64,000 nucleotides of DNA from the NCBI RefSeq assembly GCF_030028105.1, contig NC_092385.1, positions 38,468,774 to 38,532,773 on the forward strand, in the 5' to 3' direction. Shown here piece after piece: positions 50,772 through 63,749 of the stretch. The notes under the pieces are model-generated. The model worked only from the letters and a program-made list of their open reading frames with translations, searched no databases and was not told the origin of the DNA. The position numbers and the translations under genes are program-made. This DNA comes from Mobula birostris (taxonomy: Eukaryota). The first letter of the stretch is position 1, and each line of letters starts with the position of its first letter.

Positions 50772-51080
50772 TGTCAGGAAACGTAGAGGAAGCTTGACCC
50801 AAATGCAGAGCAGCGGAGATGATTAAGTGGTGAACGATAACTTTAATAATAAACTGCGGATGAACAAGCCATGAGGGGCCACAAAGCAAGAGAGAATAGA
50901 TATTCAACATGACAAGGCAACAAGGTAACAAGTTGAGGCTGAGTGATTCAGAGGATGAACAAGGACTGTAGATGAGAGCTGGGTTCAAATAGGCTGCAGG
51001 TGAAGAGTTGGAAATGAGTGGCAGGTGACGGCTGTTCACTGGGTGGAGACTGGGAGGTCCCTGCCTGTGCAGGCCTGACA
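50772..51080 (-). repeat. 3' LTR of the Sushi-like element
   Basis: TG...CA with a 7-bp terminal inverted repeat; adjacent purine tract on the minus strand at about 51086-51098. Confidence 0.85.
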
Positions 51081-54000
51081 TGACCATCCCTACCCTCCTA
51101 CAGATAGTGCCCGATGGTCCAGATCTATCTGGATGAGTTGGGTGGAACTCCTCAAAGAGTGATGGATCGAAGATGAATCTGGAGGGAACCCAAGACCACA
51201 CCTCTAGGCCGTATTCTTCCCAGTTGACCAGGTACTGCATACCCCATTCACAAAGACGTGAATCCATCAAACAGTGGACCCTGTACACTGGACCACCTTC
51301 CACCATCCTAGGTACTGGAGGTACAGGCTCGGTTGGGTTGAGACAATGTGCCTGAGGCAGGACACATGGAAGTTAGGTGTGATCCTGAGAACGGAAAAAG
51401 CTGGAAGTGGTAAGTGACTGGATCATGTGATGGGTAACCTTGAAGGGACCGATGAACCGTTGCAAGATCTTGCAGGAGTTGCTTTGCAAGGGCAAGTCTT
51501 GGGTTGACAGCCAGACACTGTTCCCTGGCAGATTGCTGGGGGCTGCCAGTGGTTGGCCCAGCGACAGTAGGCATGGACAGCTAGGATCTCCATGCCTCTT
51601 CCAATTATTCCAGCAGCAGTGAACCAGTACCTAGCAGATGGGATATCACAGTTGACTCCTCCATGGGGAACAGGGGTTGGTAACCATGAAGCACTTCAAA
51701 GGGTGACATACCCTTGGCAAAGGAGATGTGTAGACTGTGGGACAGCTCGGCCCAGAGCAGATACATTTTGTATGTGGAAGGGTTATAGGTGGTGAAGCAG
51801 CTCAGAAGTCTCCCCACTCTTTCTGAATAACCATAGTTTGGCAGATGATAGCCAGAGGACAAGCACACTGAGATGTGGAGGAGGGAGCAGGTGGCTTGCC
51901 AGAAGTGGAATTGTGTGTCCTGAGGGAAACTGTGGAGGCAAACTACATGTTGGAGAACCAGGTCCACTGTCACAGTGGCTGATGGAAGTTTGGGGAGGGC
52001 AATAATGGGGCCATCTTGGAAAACTGGTCCACCACTGTCATGATCACTGTAGCCCCATTGGAAGGAGGCAAGTCCACGATAAAATGCGTAGCAATGTGGG
52101 ACCACGAGCGAGGATTGCTGAGAGTGCCACTGGTTGGAGGACTGGGCACATCGAGGGCAAGTCAGCAATGAACCGACATACATCTGCAGTCATGGTGGTA
52201 CACCAGAACTGGTGCACAGGAAATCTGGAGTCCGTCGCGTGCCTGGATGGCTAGAGAGGGCTGAGAATTGCGCCCACTGGAATGCCTCAGAGTGCATTGT
52301 GAAGTTGAATTGCTCGAAGAAGAGGGTCCAGTGAGCCTGACATGGGTTGAGTTGGCAGGTCTCTTGTATGGATGAGGTTCCAGTGGGCAGACCAGATCAG
52401 AAAGGGCTCTGTGTTTCCCATTAGCCAATGTCTCCATTCTGCCAATACCCATCTAATGGTGAGTAGCTCACTGTCTCCTGCTCCATAATGGTGCTGTGTA
52501 GAGTTAAACAGACATGAGAAGATGGCACAAGGTTGTGTCTCTGTCTGGTCCTTGCTGGGAGAGGATAACCCGGATCAGATGTTTCCACCTCTACCACAAA
52601 AGTTTCAGAGGGGTTTGGATGGCTGAGAATGGAAGCAGTGGTGAAGAATCCCTTGAGCACCTCGAAACTGTGGTCCTTGGCAGTAGACCAAGTTATCCAT
52701 GAGGTCGGTGATTTGGTGAGGGAGATGAGAGTGGCGATTTGGCTGTAGTTTCTGATGAAACGGCGATAGAAGTTGGAGAACACCAAGAGGTGCAGCAGCT
52801 TTGAGGGAGCGCAGCCAGAGCCATTCAACAATAGTGTGCATTTTCTCCTTGTCCATGGTTATGCCTATGGTGAAAAGACATAGCCCAGGAAGGAAATGAC
52901 TGGGGTGTGGAACTGACATTTCTCTAACTTACAGTACAACTAGTTTGAGGAGATGCTGAAGGACAGAATGGACATGACAGCTGTGGTCTTGGGGTCCATG
53001 GAGAAGATGAGGATGTCGCCGAGGCAGACGAACACATACCTGTATAACATATATTGGAGGATCTCATTAATGAAGGTTTGGAATGTGGTGGGACTATTGG
53101 AAAGTCTCAAAACCATCACCAAGTATTTCTGGTGACCAGTGAGTATTATGTACACTGTCTTCCACTCATCCTCCCTGGCGGATGCAGGTCAGGTTGTATG
53201 CACTCCACAGATCTAGTTTGGTGAAGATGTGGGCCCTGCTGACTGTTTTGAATGTGCTATCCATCAAGGGGAGAGGGTAGCGGTTCTTAATGGTGATTTT
53301 GCTGTGTTCATGGTAGTCAATGCAGGGATGAATACCCCCATCTTTCTTTTTGAAAAAGAAGAATCATGCACTGGCTGGGGACTGGAATGGTCGAATGAAG
53401 CCACACTGTAGTGCTTTGGCAATGTAATAGCTCGTGTCTCGGGGGAGGAGAGGGTTGGCGCCTGTGAGGTGGCAGGGTGCTGCTTTCCCTTTTGCTGAAG
53501 GTGGTGGCTAAGTCATGATATTACTGTGGGAGTTTGGTGAGGTTCAGGGTTTCCTCCATCTCCACCGATTTACGGGGTGAAGTCAGCTGGGGTTGCAGGC
53601 GGGTGGTCCAGTAGGTGGATCCCCAACTCAGCAGTGAACCTGATGACCAGGTGAAGTGAGGGTTATGAGTGGAGAGCCAGCGGTAACCCAAGATGCAAGG
53701 AGTGTTGGTTGAGTCAATCAGGAGGAATTGGATGGACTTGCGGTGCTCTCCGATGCTCAAGTTCACGGGCTGTGTGCATGATATGATCAACCCAGACCCC
53801 AAGGGACATGTGTCAATGGCTGTGATACAAAAGGGACAAGAGGCAAGCTTGTTAGGGAGCCCAAGCTGCAGAGCCCAGTGCATAAATTTGCCTGCAGTGC
53901 CAGATTCCACCAGAGCCCCTTGTACAAGTAAAGCAGTCGGGGTGTGAAGAAGGACAGAGAGAGTGATCTTGAGCTATGGTGCTGGAATGAGGGACATGGG

Positions 54001-54250
54001 GGAGCTTACCAGATAGAAGCTCGCTTGTCTCTACCTGGTGGTGCCATTTTCCTGGACTCAGTGGTTTTGATATGTGGGTGATCAGCTGCAATGCAGTAAG
54101 CACACAAGTTGTTTCTCCACCAACTCTCATGCTCTTGGGGTGGGGTTGGGGCAGTTAAGGGAGTTTTCCCTAACCGCATGGGTTCTGAAAACATTAATAA
54201 TGAAGGCCTGCAGCCTCAAATGATTCTGGGAATGGACCTGGGGATAGCCC

Positions 54251-55752
54251 ACAAGACATAAGAGCAGAACAAGGCCATTCCATCATGGTTGATTTATTAT
54301 CCCTCTCAACCCCATTCTCCTGCATTCCCCCAGTAAACTTTGACACCCTAATTAATCAAGAACCTATCAACTTCTGCCTTAAATACACACAATGTCTTGG
54401 CCTGCACAGCCATCTGTGGCAAAGAATTCCATAGATTCACCACCCTCTGGCTAAAGAAACTCAGTTCTAAATGGATGTCCCTCAATTCTGAGGCTATGCC
54501 CTCTGGACCTAGACTCCCCTACTATTGGAAATATCCTCTCCACATCCACTCTATCTAGGCCTTTCAACATTTGAGAAGGTGCAATAAGATGCCCCCTCAT
54601 TCTGCAAAACTCCAGTGATTCCAGGACCAGAACCATCAAACACTCCTCATATGCTAACACTTCACTTACGTCCCTGGGATCATTCTCGTGGACCTCCTCT
54701 GCAACCTCTCCAAAGCAAGCACATCTTTTCTAAGATAAGGGGCACAAAACTGCTCACACTACTCTGTGTGGTCTGACCAATGCCTTTTAAAGTCTCAGCA
54801 TTACATCCTTGCTTTTGTATTCTAGTCCTCTCAAAATGAATGCTAACATTGCATTTGCCTTCCTTACCACTGACTCAGCCTGCAAGTAAACCTTTAGGGA
54901 ATCCTGCACGAGGACTCCTGAGTCCCTTTGCACCTTTGATTTTTGAATTTTCTCCCCATTTAGAAAACAGTCTATATGTTTATTCCTTCTACCAAAGTGC
55001 ATGGCAATGCATTTCCCTACACTCTAGTCCTTCTGCTACTTCTTTGCTTATTCCCCTAGTCTAAATCCTTCTGTGGACACCCTGCTTCCTCAACGCTGCC
55101 TGCACCTCCACTTCCATTGTATCGTCCACAAACCTGGCCAGAAAGCCATCAATTCCTTCATCTAAATCACTGACATAATGTTTAAGAAGTGGTCTAACAC
55201 CCAGCCTGTGGCACACCACTAATCACTGGCAGTCAGCCAGAAAATGCTTCCTTTATTCCCACTCTTTGCCTCCTGCCAGTCAAGTCAGCCAGTGCTCTAT
55301 CCATGCTAGTACCTTTCATGTAATAACATGGGCTCTTATCTTGTTAAGCAGCCTCATGTGTGGCACTTTGTCAAATGCCTTCTGTGAATCTAAAACAGAT
55401 TCTCCTTTGTCTACCCTGCCTGTTAGTTCTCAAAGAATTCCAAATGATTTGCCAGGCAAGGTTCCTCCTTTAGAAAACCATGCTGACTGGCCAATTTTAT
55501 CATGTGCCTCCAAGTACCATGATACCCTATTTTTAATAATAGTCTCACATCTTTCCAACTACTGAAGTCAAGCTAACTGGCTTACAATTTTCTTTCTATT
55601 GCCTTTCTCCCTTCTTAAAGAGTGGAGCGACATTTGCAATTTTCCAGTCCTTAGGAACTATTTCAGAATCTAGTGATTCTTGAAAGATCGTTACTAATGC
55701 CTCTTTCAGAACCCTGGGGTGTAGTCCATCTGGTCCTGGTGACTTATCCACT
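54251..55752 (-). mobile_element. CR1 LINE 5'-truncated copy inserted in the gag region of the Sushi-like element
   Basis: VDKSPGPDGLHPRVLKE, WKIANVAPLFKKG, MHFGRRNK, RGHSLRIEGHPFRTE; tail near 54251. Confidence 0.9.
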
Positions 55753-56437
55753 GGCTGATGATCTGGAGAGTCATTCCATAAGACACTTGTCAATATGGAG
55801 GACCAGAGTGATAAGATTTGAGGTTGACAGACATCTTCTGGGTAAGCAGCTCATCTTCAAGTGCTTCAAGGGTCCTTGATGGTAATGAGCTAGCATCCTT
55901 CCATATTCTGGCACAAGGGACCTGAATTCTACATTGCAACTCAGCACCAAGTGCGAGCCTTGACACAGGCTAACTATCTGATCTGCTGACTCCCATCCAC
56001 TTCCCAGATAGTCAAAAACTCAGTGCATCTGAGCGGTGAAAGCCTCAACTGTTGCCAATAGTGGTCTTATTGTCCCAGTTGGCAGCAGCTCAGCTCAGAG
56101 CCTACCCAGTCAAAAAGAGAGCTGAAGAAAGCAATCTTGGCTTGGTCTGTGGAATAGTGATGCAGCTGGAGCTCAAAATGTAAGTCGCACTGGGACAGGA
56201 AGTTGCAACGTCGGATTGGTGATCCATCAAAGCATTTGAACACTGGACCTCGATGCTCAGGGGAAGGAACCTGTTTTGCATGGGGTTCCTGTATCAAACA
56301 CGAGATTTGGAAAAGAACTGCACATAGATCATTCATGCTTTCCTACTGCTTCTGGATCATGTATTCATGTCAACAGATGCCTTCCTTTATTTGAGCATAC
56401 TGGTACTCTGCTGGGTCAATCGTTGGTTCACCCATTC

Positions 56438-56809
56438 TGTCAGGGGATGTAGACGAAGCTTGTTCCAAACGCAGAGCAGCAGTGATGATTAAGCAGTGAT
56501 TGATAATTTATGAATGCACTGCAAAATAACAAGCCATGAGGGGCTATAAAACAAGAGAGAACAGATACTTAATACAACAAGGTAATTGAAGGCTAGGAGG
56601 AACTGGTTGAGGCTGACAGCTTGATGGATGAACAAAGGTTGTCTGTCTGTATCTTGTTTTACGGCGCTTGGCATCCAGCTTAATGGTGCATTACCACCAC
56701 AACAAAGGTTGTGGATGTGAGCTGGGTTTAAATAGGCCACTGGTGATGAGTTGGAAATGAGTGGCAGATGACTCATGTTAGCTGGGTGGAGACTAGGAGG
56801 TGCCTGACA
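56438..56809 (-). repeat. 5' LTR of the Sushi-like element
   Basis: Aligns with 50772-51080 apart from the insertion at 56643-56700; the end could instead be about 56824. Confidence 0.8.
56643..56700 (-). mobile_element. 58-bp Nimb/I-type 3'-tail-only insertion
   Basis: 12-bp TSD aacaaaggttgt at 56631-56642 and 56701-56712; absent from the sister LTR; minus strand gtggtggtaatgcaccattaagctggatgccaagcgccgtaaaacaagatacagacag. Confidence 0.75.
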
Positions 56810-57469
56810 CATGCAGAGGTGACCTTATCAGCCAGTCCATAAAAGGCACCTATGTACAGTGGAATAAGTACTCTTTTAGTTATGGGAGAGTGATATTTAC
56901 TTGCAGATGGTTGATTTCTGAGGGCAGGTTTGGTGAAAGTTGTTGAACTTGCTGCCGACTGAGAGTTCCTGAGACCTATTCCATGCACAAGGTACTGAGG
57001 ATTCTAACAAAAGTGGTTTCGCCAGGCTGAAGCCGCACACTTTGCAGAGCAACACACACAAAGTGCTGGAGGAACTGAGCAGGTCAGGCAGCCTCTAGAC
57101 AAATGAATAAACAGCTCTGGGCTGAGACCCTTCATCAAGATTGGAAAGGAAATGGAAGATGCCAGAATATGAATGTGGTGGTGGGGCGGGGGCAGGGGAA
57201 GGAGGACAGGCTGGAGAGTGATAGGTGAAGTCAGGTGGGTGGGCAGGTAAGATGAAGTAAGAAGCTGAAAGGTGACAGGTGAAAAAGGTAAAGAGCTGAA
57301 GAAAATGGAATCTGATAGGAGAGAGAGTGGACAGTGGTAGAAAGGGAAGGAGGAAGGGCATCGATGGTGGTGATAGGCAGATGAGAAGAAGAGGTAAGAG
57401 TCCAGTGTGGTGAATTGAAAATGAGGGAAGGGGGAGGAGAAAAAATTTATGGAAAGTTTGAGAAAAATT

Positions 57470-57780
57470 GGGTGCTATTGTAGCATAGTGGTTAGTGCGA
57501 TGTTATTATAGCCTGGGGCGTTCCAGAATTCGGAGTTCAATTCCATTGCCATCTGTAAGGAGCCTGTATGTCCTCCCCGTGGAATGCAAGGGTTTTCCCT
57601 GGGTGCTCTGGTTTCCTCCTACAGTGCAAAGATGTACAGGGTAGGTTAATTGGTCATTGTAAATTGTCCTGTGAGTAGGTTGGAGTAAATTGGGCTTGCT
57701 GGGGACTGCTGGAGTGGCGTGGCTAGAAAGATTGGAAGGGTCAACTCTGCAGTGTTCCACTAAATAAATAAAATTAAAAT
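57470..57780 (+). mobile_element. tRNA-derived V-SINE (HE1-like)
   Basis: A-box-like tagcatagtgg, B-box-like gagttcaattcc, V domain ctccccgtggaatgc..gggttttccctgggtgctctggtttcctc, and a (TAAA)n tail. Confidence 0.75.
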
Positions 57781-58257
57781 AAAATTAATGTCGGTGCATC
57801 AGGTAGGAGGCTATCTAGATGGAATATGAGCTGTTGCTCCTCCAGTTTGTGAATGGTCACATTGTAGCAGCAGAGGAGGCCATGGACTGACATGTCAGAA
57901 TGGGAATGGGGATAGGAATTAAAATGGTTGATCACCAGGAAATTCTGCAGTTTTTGGATGGAGCAGATGTGCTCGGAAAAGTGGTTCCCCAGTCTATGTC
58001 AGGTCTCACCAATGTAGAGGAGGCCACATACAGTAGACGACCCCGGCAGATTCATGGGTGAAGTGTTGCCTGAACTGTAAGGACTGTTTGGGGCCCTGGA
58101 TGGAGGAGAGGGAAGAGGTGAATGGGCAAGTGTAGCACTTCTGCCATGTGCAGGGATAATTATGAGGAGGGAGATTAGTAAGGAGGGACGAATTGAGAAG
58201 AGAATCATGGAGGGAGCGATCCCTGCAGAAAGTCGGGTGCGGGGGGAGGTAAAGATG

Positions 58258-59194
58258 TAGAAACAGAAACCTACAGCACAATACAGGCCCTTCGGCCCAC
58301 AAAGCTGTGCCAAAAATGTCCTTTCCTTAGAAATTACCTAGGGTTACCCATAGCCCTCTATTTCTCTAAGCTCCATGTACCTATCTGGGGTCTCTTAAAA
58401 GACCCTATGGTATTTGCCTCCACCACCGTCACTGGCAGGCCATTCCACGCATTCACCACTCTCTGTGTAAAAAAAACTTACCCCTGACATCTCCTCCATA
58501 CCTACTTCCAAGCACCTTAAAGCTGTGCCCTCTCATGCTAGCCATTTCAGCCCTGGGGGGAAAAGCCTCCCCACACGATCAATGCCTCTCATCATCTTAT
58601 ACACCACTATCAGGTCATCTCTCATCCTCCTTAGTTCCAAGGAGAAAAGGCTGAGTTCACTCAGCCTATTCAGATAAGGCATGCTCCCCAATCCAGGCAA
58701 ATCTCCTCTGCACCTTTTCTATGGTTTCCACATCCTTCCTGTAGTGAGGTGACCAGAACTGAGCACAGTACTCCAAGTGGGGTCTGACCGGGGTCCTATA
58801 TAGCTGCAACGTTACCTCTTGACTCCTAAACTCAATCCCACGGTTGATGAAGGCCAATGCACCATATGCCTTCTTAACCACAGAGTCAACCTGTGCAGCA
58901 GCTTTGAGTGTCCTATGGACTTGGACACCAAGATCCCTCTGATCCTCCACACTGCCAAGAGTCTTACTATTAATGCTATATTCTGCCATCATAATTGACC
59001 TACCAGAATAAACCACTTCACACTTATCTAGGTTGAACTCCATCTGCCACTTCTCAGCCCGGTTTTGCATCCTATCAATGTCCCACTGTAACCTCTGACA
59101 GCCCTGAACACTATTCAAAACACCCCCAACCTTTGTGTCATCAGCAAACTTACCAACTCATCCTTCCACTACTTTTATCCAGCTCATTTATAAA
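58258..59194 (-). mobile_element. CR1 3' fragment inserted in Penelope
   Basis: ORF 58666-59118 WQMEFNLDKCEV..RDLGV..VRPHLEYCAQFWSPHYRKD. Confidence 0.9.
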
Positions 59195-60419
59195 AAGCAC
59201 TGTTTGGTGTTAGGGTCCAATTTAAGATGGCGAAAGTTGCAGAGAATTTTATGTTGGATGTGGAGGCTCATGGGGTAGCAGGTGAGGACTCCATCCCTGT
59301 TAAGGCAGCGGGAAGATGGGTTGAGTGTGGAAATGGATGAGATGTGGGTGACAGCAACATCAATGGTGGAGGAAGGGAAACCCCGATCTTTAAAGAAGGA
59401 GGACATCTCGGATGTCCTAGAAAGGAAAGCCTCATCCTGGGAACAGGTGAAGTGTAGATGAAGGAACTGGGAAAGGGGAATGGCACTTTTACAGGAGACA
59501 CGGTGGGAAGACGTATAATCAATACAGCCATGGGGATCTGTAGGCTTATGAAATATATTGCATAAAAAATAAAAAAGAGATTGAGAAAGGGGAGAGAAGT
59601 TTCAGAAATGAGCCAAGTGAATTTAAGGGCAGGGTGGAAGTTGGAGGCAAAGTTGACGAAATTTTCGAGCTCAGCATGGGTGTATGAAGTAGCACCAATG
59701 CAGTTGTCAATGTAGTGCAGCAAGGGTTGGGGAGCACTGGAACATGGACTGTTCCACATAGCCAACAAAAAAGGCAGGCATAGCTGGAGCCCATGCAGTT
59801 GCTACACCTTGAGTTTGGAGAAAGCAGGAGGAGCCAAAAAAATTGTTGAGGGCGAGGACCAGTTCTACCAGACAGAGGAGGTTGGTGGCGGAGGGACACT
59901 GGTCATGTCTGTTCTCAAGAAAGAAGCAGAGAGTTTTAAGGCCTTCTTGATGAGAATAGAAGTATAAAAGAATTAGACTTCCATAGTGAAAATGAGACAA
60001 TCAAGGCCAGAGAATTGAAAGTTGTTGAGGAGATGGCGAGCATGTGAAGTGTCACGAATCTAGGTGGGAAGGAACTGAACCAATCGGAATAAAAATGAAT
60101 TGAGGTACGTGGACATGAGTTTGGTGGGGCAGGAGCAGGAAAAGTCAATGGGCCTACTCGGACAGTCAGGTTTGTGGTGTGAGGTAGAAACACGCAGTGT
60201 GGGGTAAGGGAGCTATGAGGTTGGAGGCAGTGGATAGGAGATCTCCACTGTTTACATTGTTTGCAAGATGTGCAATATAGTCTGCAGCCTGCAGATATAA
60301 GGTGTAGCTAAGAGGTATAGCAGGGTGCCTGGAACTTGGGAAGATTGAACTATGGTAAGGATTTTTACATGGTCTTTCTTTCCTCAAACTTTCATTGAGA
60401 ATATCTATTTTTCCACAAT

Positions 60420-60560
60420 CTCTCTCTCTCTCTCACACATACATGCACACATGTATAGAAATGTGTGTATATCTATCTATGTATACATAATATGTATATG
60501 TGTGTGTATGTATGTACAAAAGTTTGTATCTATCTTCTCTCTGTCTCTCTCCCTCTGTCT
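60420..60560. repeat. Degenerate compound microsatellite (CT/CA/TA/GT)
   Basis: Directly visible dinucleotide runs. Confidence 0.7.
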
Positions 60561-63199
60561 TTTGCAGTGGTCTTACTCTTTCTCCCTCGCTCCTGAACAC
60601 ACACTGGTTCTGCCCTCCCCCTTGTTGAAATCAAACGTTCACATTTCATCCTGAGTCATTGTGACTCCGTCAATGTCCACTCGCTCATACACTGATTCAG
60701 TTGGGCACTTGTTCCTCACTCCATTGTTTGCTGCATATTCGCAGTTACACTATCACTCCATGACATTTGCATCTGGTAATTCAAGATGCAACAACATAAT
60801 TTACCTCAGGTATCTTTCACAAATTGTTCTCCAGTGTGACTGAAGATAACCAGGAGTAACAGATGCTGTTTCAGACTTGAGGGGCTCCATCTCTGTGTGG
60901 CAGGTTGATGTTTTTGCAGGAGAGAGCACTGGGCTTGACAAATAGTTAATCAGGTGAACCCCAACCATCAGAAGAAACAAAGCTTGTTCAAAATCAACAA
61001 GGTGCAATTTAATTGTACTTGGCACAACCTGATTCTGGTACAAGTGGTTTTACCTGCAGCTACTACATCTACAACCAGGAGGATTATTTCCAACCGCTAT
61101 CAACATTTAGGACTGGAGTGCGGAGAATTTAAGTGACAGGATGATCAGGAAACTATGTCATGTACTGGAATAATCCTTCAGCAAGGAGTTTGAATATGAA
61201 GGGCATCTTGACTTTGACTGAGAGAACACACTGACTTTGGCTGGAGACACCTATCCTGGCGTTGGAGGACTGTGTATGTCCATTGGTGAGTGGGAGGGAG
61301 GAAGGAACGGAGCTTGTTTTGTTACTTGTGTTCTGTTTTGTTGTATTCTGTGGTGTTCTGCTGAGCATTGTGGGTGTGAAATGTTGGCACCAGAACGTAT
61401 GGCAGTACTTGTGAGCTAGCCCAAGCACAGCCTTAGTTTCCGTTGGTTGTTGCATTTCACTGTATGTTTCAACGTACATGTAATAAGTATTTTAAGCTTG
61501 TACTTTCACAGGCATGTTATCCATGAAGAGGAAGAAAATGCCTTAGCAAAAGTTCATGTTAAGTCTTGATTGGAAGGGACTGTTGTCCATGTGAACAATC
61601 TGGCTATTGGATACATTTTTAATATAATGTCTCTTGAAATAGCATTATAAGCCAGCATTAGTAACAGTTTGTTCATCTGTGAGTGAACAACAACTACACA
61701 CTTTCAAACTAATGTCACTGAAAATCTTTCAGTTGATGAATTTTGAGTGCTGTATTACTGTTGACATCATTTTGGTATGCTTGGTGATAGGGAAAAAGAG
61801 CACCAGCAAACACAGAATTTTTGCCCAAAGTTGAGCTGATGTTTTGCAGTGATTGGTGCCAAGATACACAGCAACATGTGCAAAATTGCTTCACTCCACA
61901 TTAGTTCCATCTCATCCAAGGCATGCTGTTAACTTGGCAGAGAACAAATCAATTGCAAGTCCATGGTGATTTCCAAGTCCTTTAATATGTTGGTGTTGCC
62001 CAGGCATCAGGTATAATTGATGAAAGCAGAACGGATGGCATCCATAGAGAACAGCTTGCGAGGAGTGGTAAATAGCTACTCCTTTGAGTACTGCAACAGA
62101 AGTATCAATGGTGAATGGAAAATTGGCAGACGTAACAGTAAGATTATGGCCAGGCTAAAGTACCTAAAATACCACAGCCTAGTGGGTAGCAGGAGCTGAG
62201 TGAAATCTAATTTTTAACGAAAAGGAGAAGGCATATAAATAATAAGATCATACATGTAAAATAACAACATCTCAATATCCATTTGTTCTTGTATTTGAAT
62301 TATGTCTAAGATGACAGAATGAGATATTCATACCATATAGTCATAGAACAATTTAGCATGCAATAAGGCCCTTCAGCCCAACCTATCCATGCCAACAAAG
62401 ATGCCTATGTAGGCTAGTTCCCTTTCCCCATGTTTGGCTCATATCCCTTTTGAGACTTTACTATCCATGTAATATGCACAAAGACAAATTTGTTTGGCAT
62501 TGTCAAGGATAGAGTCCGAAGTATTGTAAGTCCTGATTGTGAAGAAGATTGCATCAGAATTAGCAGCAAGCAAATATACTTAGCAAATAATATTGCTCTG
62601 TAAAGATGAACCATCCCTAGAACTTTGGTATGGCTATCACTACCATGAAGTTTAAATTTTGTATAAAATATCCAGTCGATCTCTGAAGAACTTAGGAAGT
62701 GTGCTGTGTTCTATGTTATACATATCTAAATTGATAATATTTTGATAAACAATTTAATAGTTAATGCCTTGGGAAATTAATTGTATTTGTTGTCATGGAA
62801 ACTAAAAGCTTATCTAACTCAGGATGTAGTTCCTCAATATATCCTGTTTAGCAAGAGTGCACATCTTACCATTAAAAATCATCGAATAATGAGCAAAGCA
62901 GATCAACGTGATCATGTGTGCAGGATATTATTGTGTGAAAATATGAAAATTTATCTAATTGTAATCACACCCGGACTAAATGAAGTTCTATTACAGAAGT
63001 AATGATACCAGAATTAAGGAGTGTAGTTGGAACCTAGAGTGCAGTTCAGTGATGTGCCATACAACATAGAAACAAGGAGTGCCTTTTTATTAGTGATTCT
63101 TGATTTCACCACATCTCACTTTTGTTTTTAGTTTTGAGATATTGGAATATGCAGTGGAAGCTCTGGCTTTTATGCTCAAAGGAACAAGAGTAAAAGTGC

Positions 63200-63715
63200 T
63201 GTACAGCACAGAAACATACTTTCACAGATTTATTGGCTTGTTCATCAACACCCCCTAGGGTCTTATCATTTCCTGTGTATGTTTTTTCCTTTGTTTGCCT
63301 TCCCAAAATACATCCTTTGCATGTATTAAGATTAAATTCCACTGGCCATTGCTTTGCCCAACTTTCCATTTGATCTATATCCAGCTGTTGCTTAGAGAAT
63401 CCTCCCCATTATTCACATCACCAACTTTCACGTCATCTACAAACTTACTAAACATACATCCTACGTTCACATCCAAGCTGTTAATGTATATCACAAACAA
63501 GAAGGGAACTGCATTGATCTAAATCACTAGCCAAAAAATTTGACTCAGTAAACAACTCAACAACATCATTCACTGCCTTCTATTACTAAGTGAACTTTGG
63601 ATCCATTTTGCCAGCTTGCCCTGGATCTAACATGCCACGTATGATTTTGACTAAAACCTTACTAAAGTCCATGTAAACACCACCTACCACACTGCACTTA
63701 TTAATATGCTTAATT
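63200..63715 (-). mobile_element. Old CR1 RT fragment
   Basis: WAKQWPVEFNLNTC, KFVDDVKVG and VYMDFSKGFS remnants. Confidence 0.65.
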
Positions 63716-63749
63716 ATTTTCTTAAAAATTACTCAGCAAGATAGTAGTT

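Larger units (their letters stand above)
50772..56809 (-). mobile_element. Gypsy chromovirus (Sushi-like, PEG10/RTL-related) LTR retrotransposon, full-length but decayed, with an internal CR1 insertion
   Basis: LTRs at 50772-51080 and 56438-56809, both tgtcagg...cctgaca; flanks catgt/catgc (4/5 TSD); gag FDGSP..NFLSQC.LHFELQ; knuckle LCAYCIAADH; protease ESGTAGKFM..ILGYRWLSTHNP; RT; FSNFYRRFIRNYS; integrase; chromodomain YLVNWEEYGLEVWSWVP. Confidence 0.9.
57045..60250 (-). mobile_element. Penelope-like retroelement (RT plus GIY-YIG), decayed, interrupted by a V-SINE and CR1
   Basis: LVELVLALNNF..FLQTQGVA, FVGYVEQSMF, LHYIDNCIG, NFHPALKFTW..SETSLPFL, SFFKDRGFPSSTI, CYTCPFTS..RQHFT..GVVYC..LYIGET. 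Confidence 0.85.
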
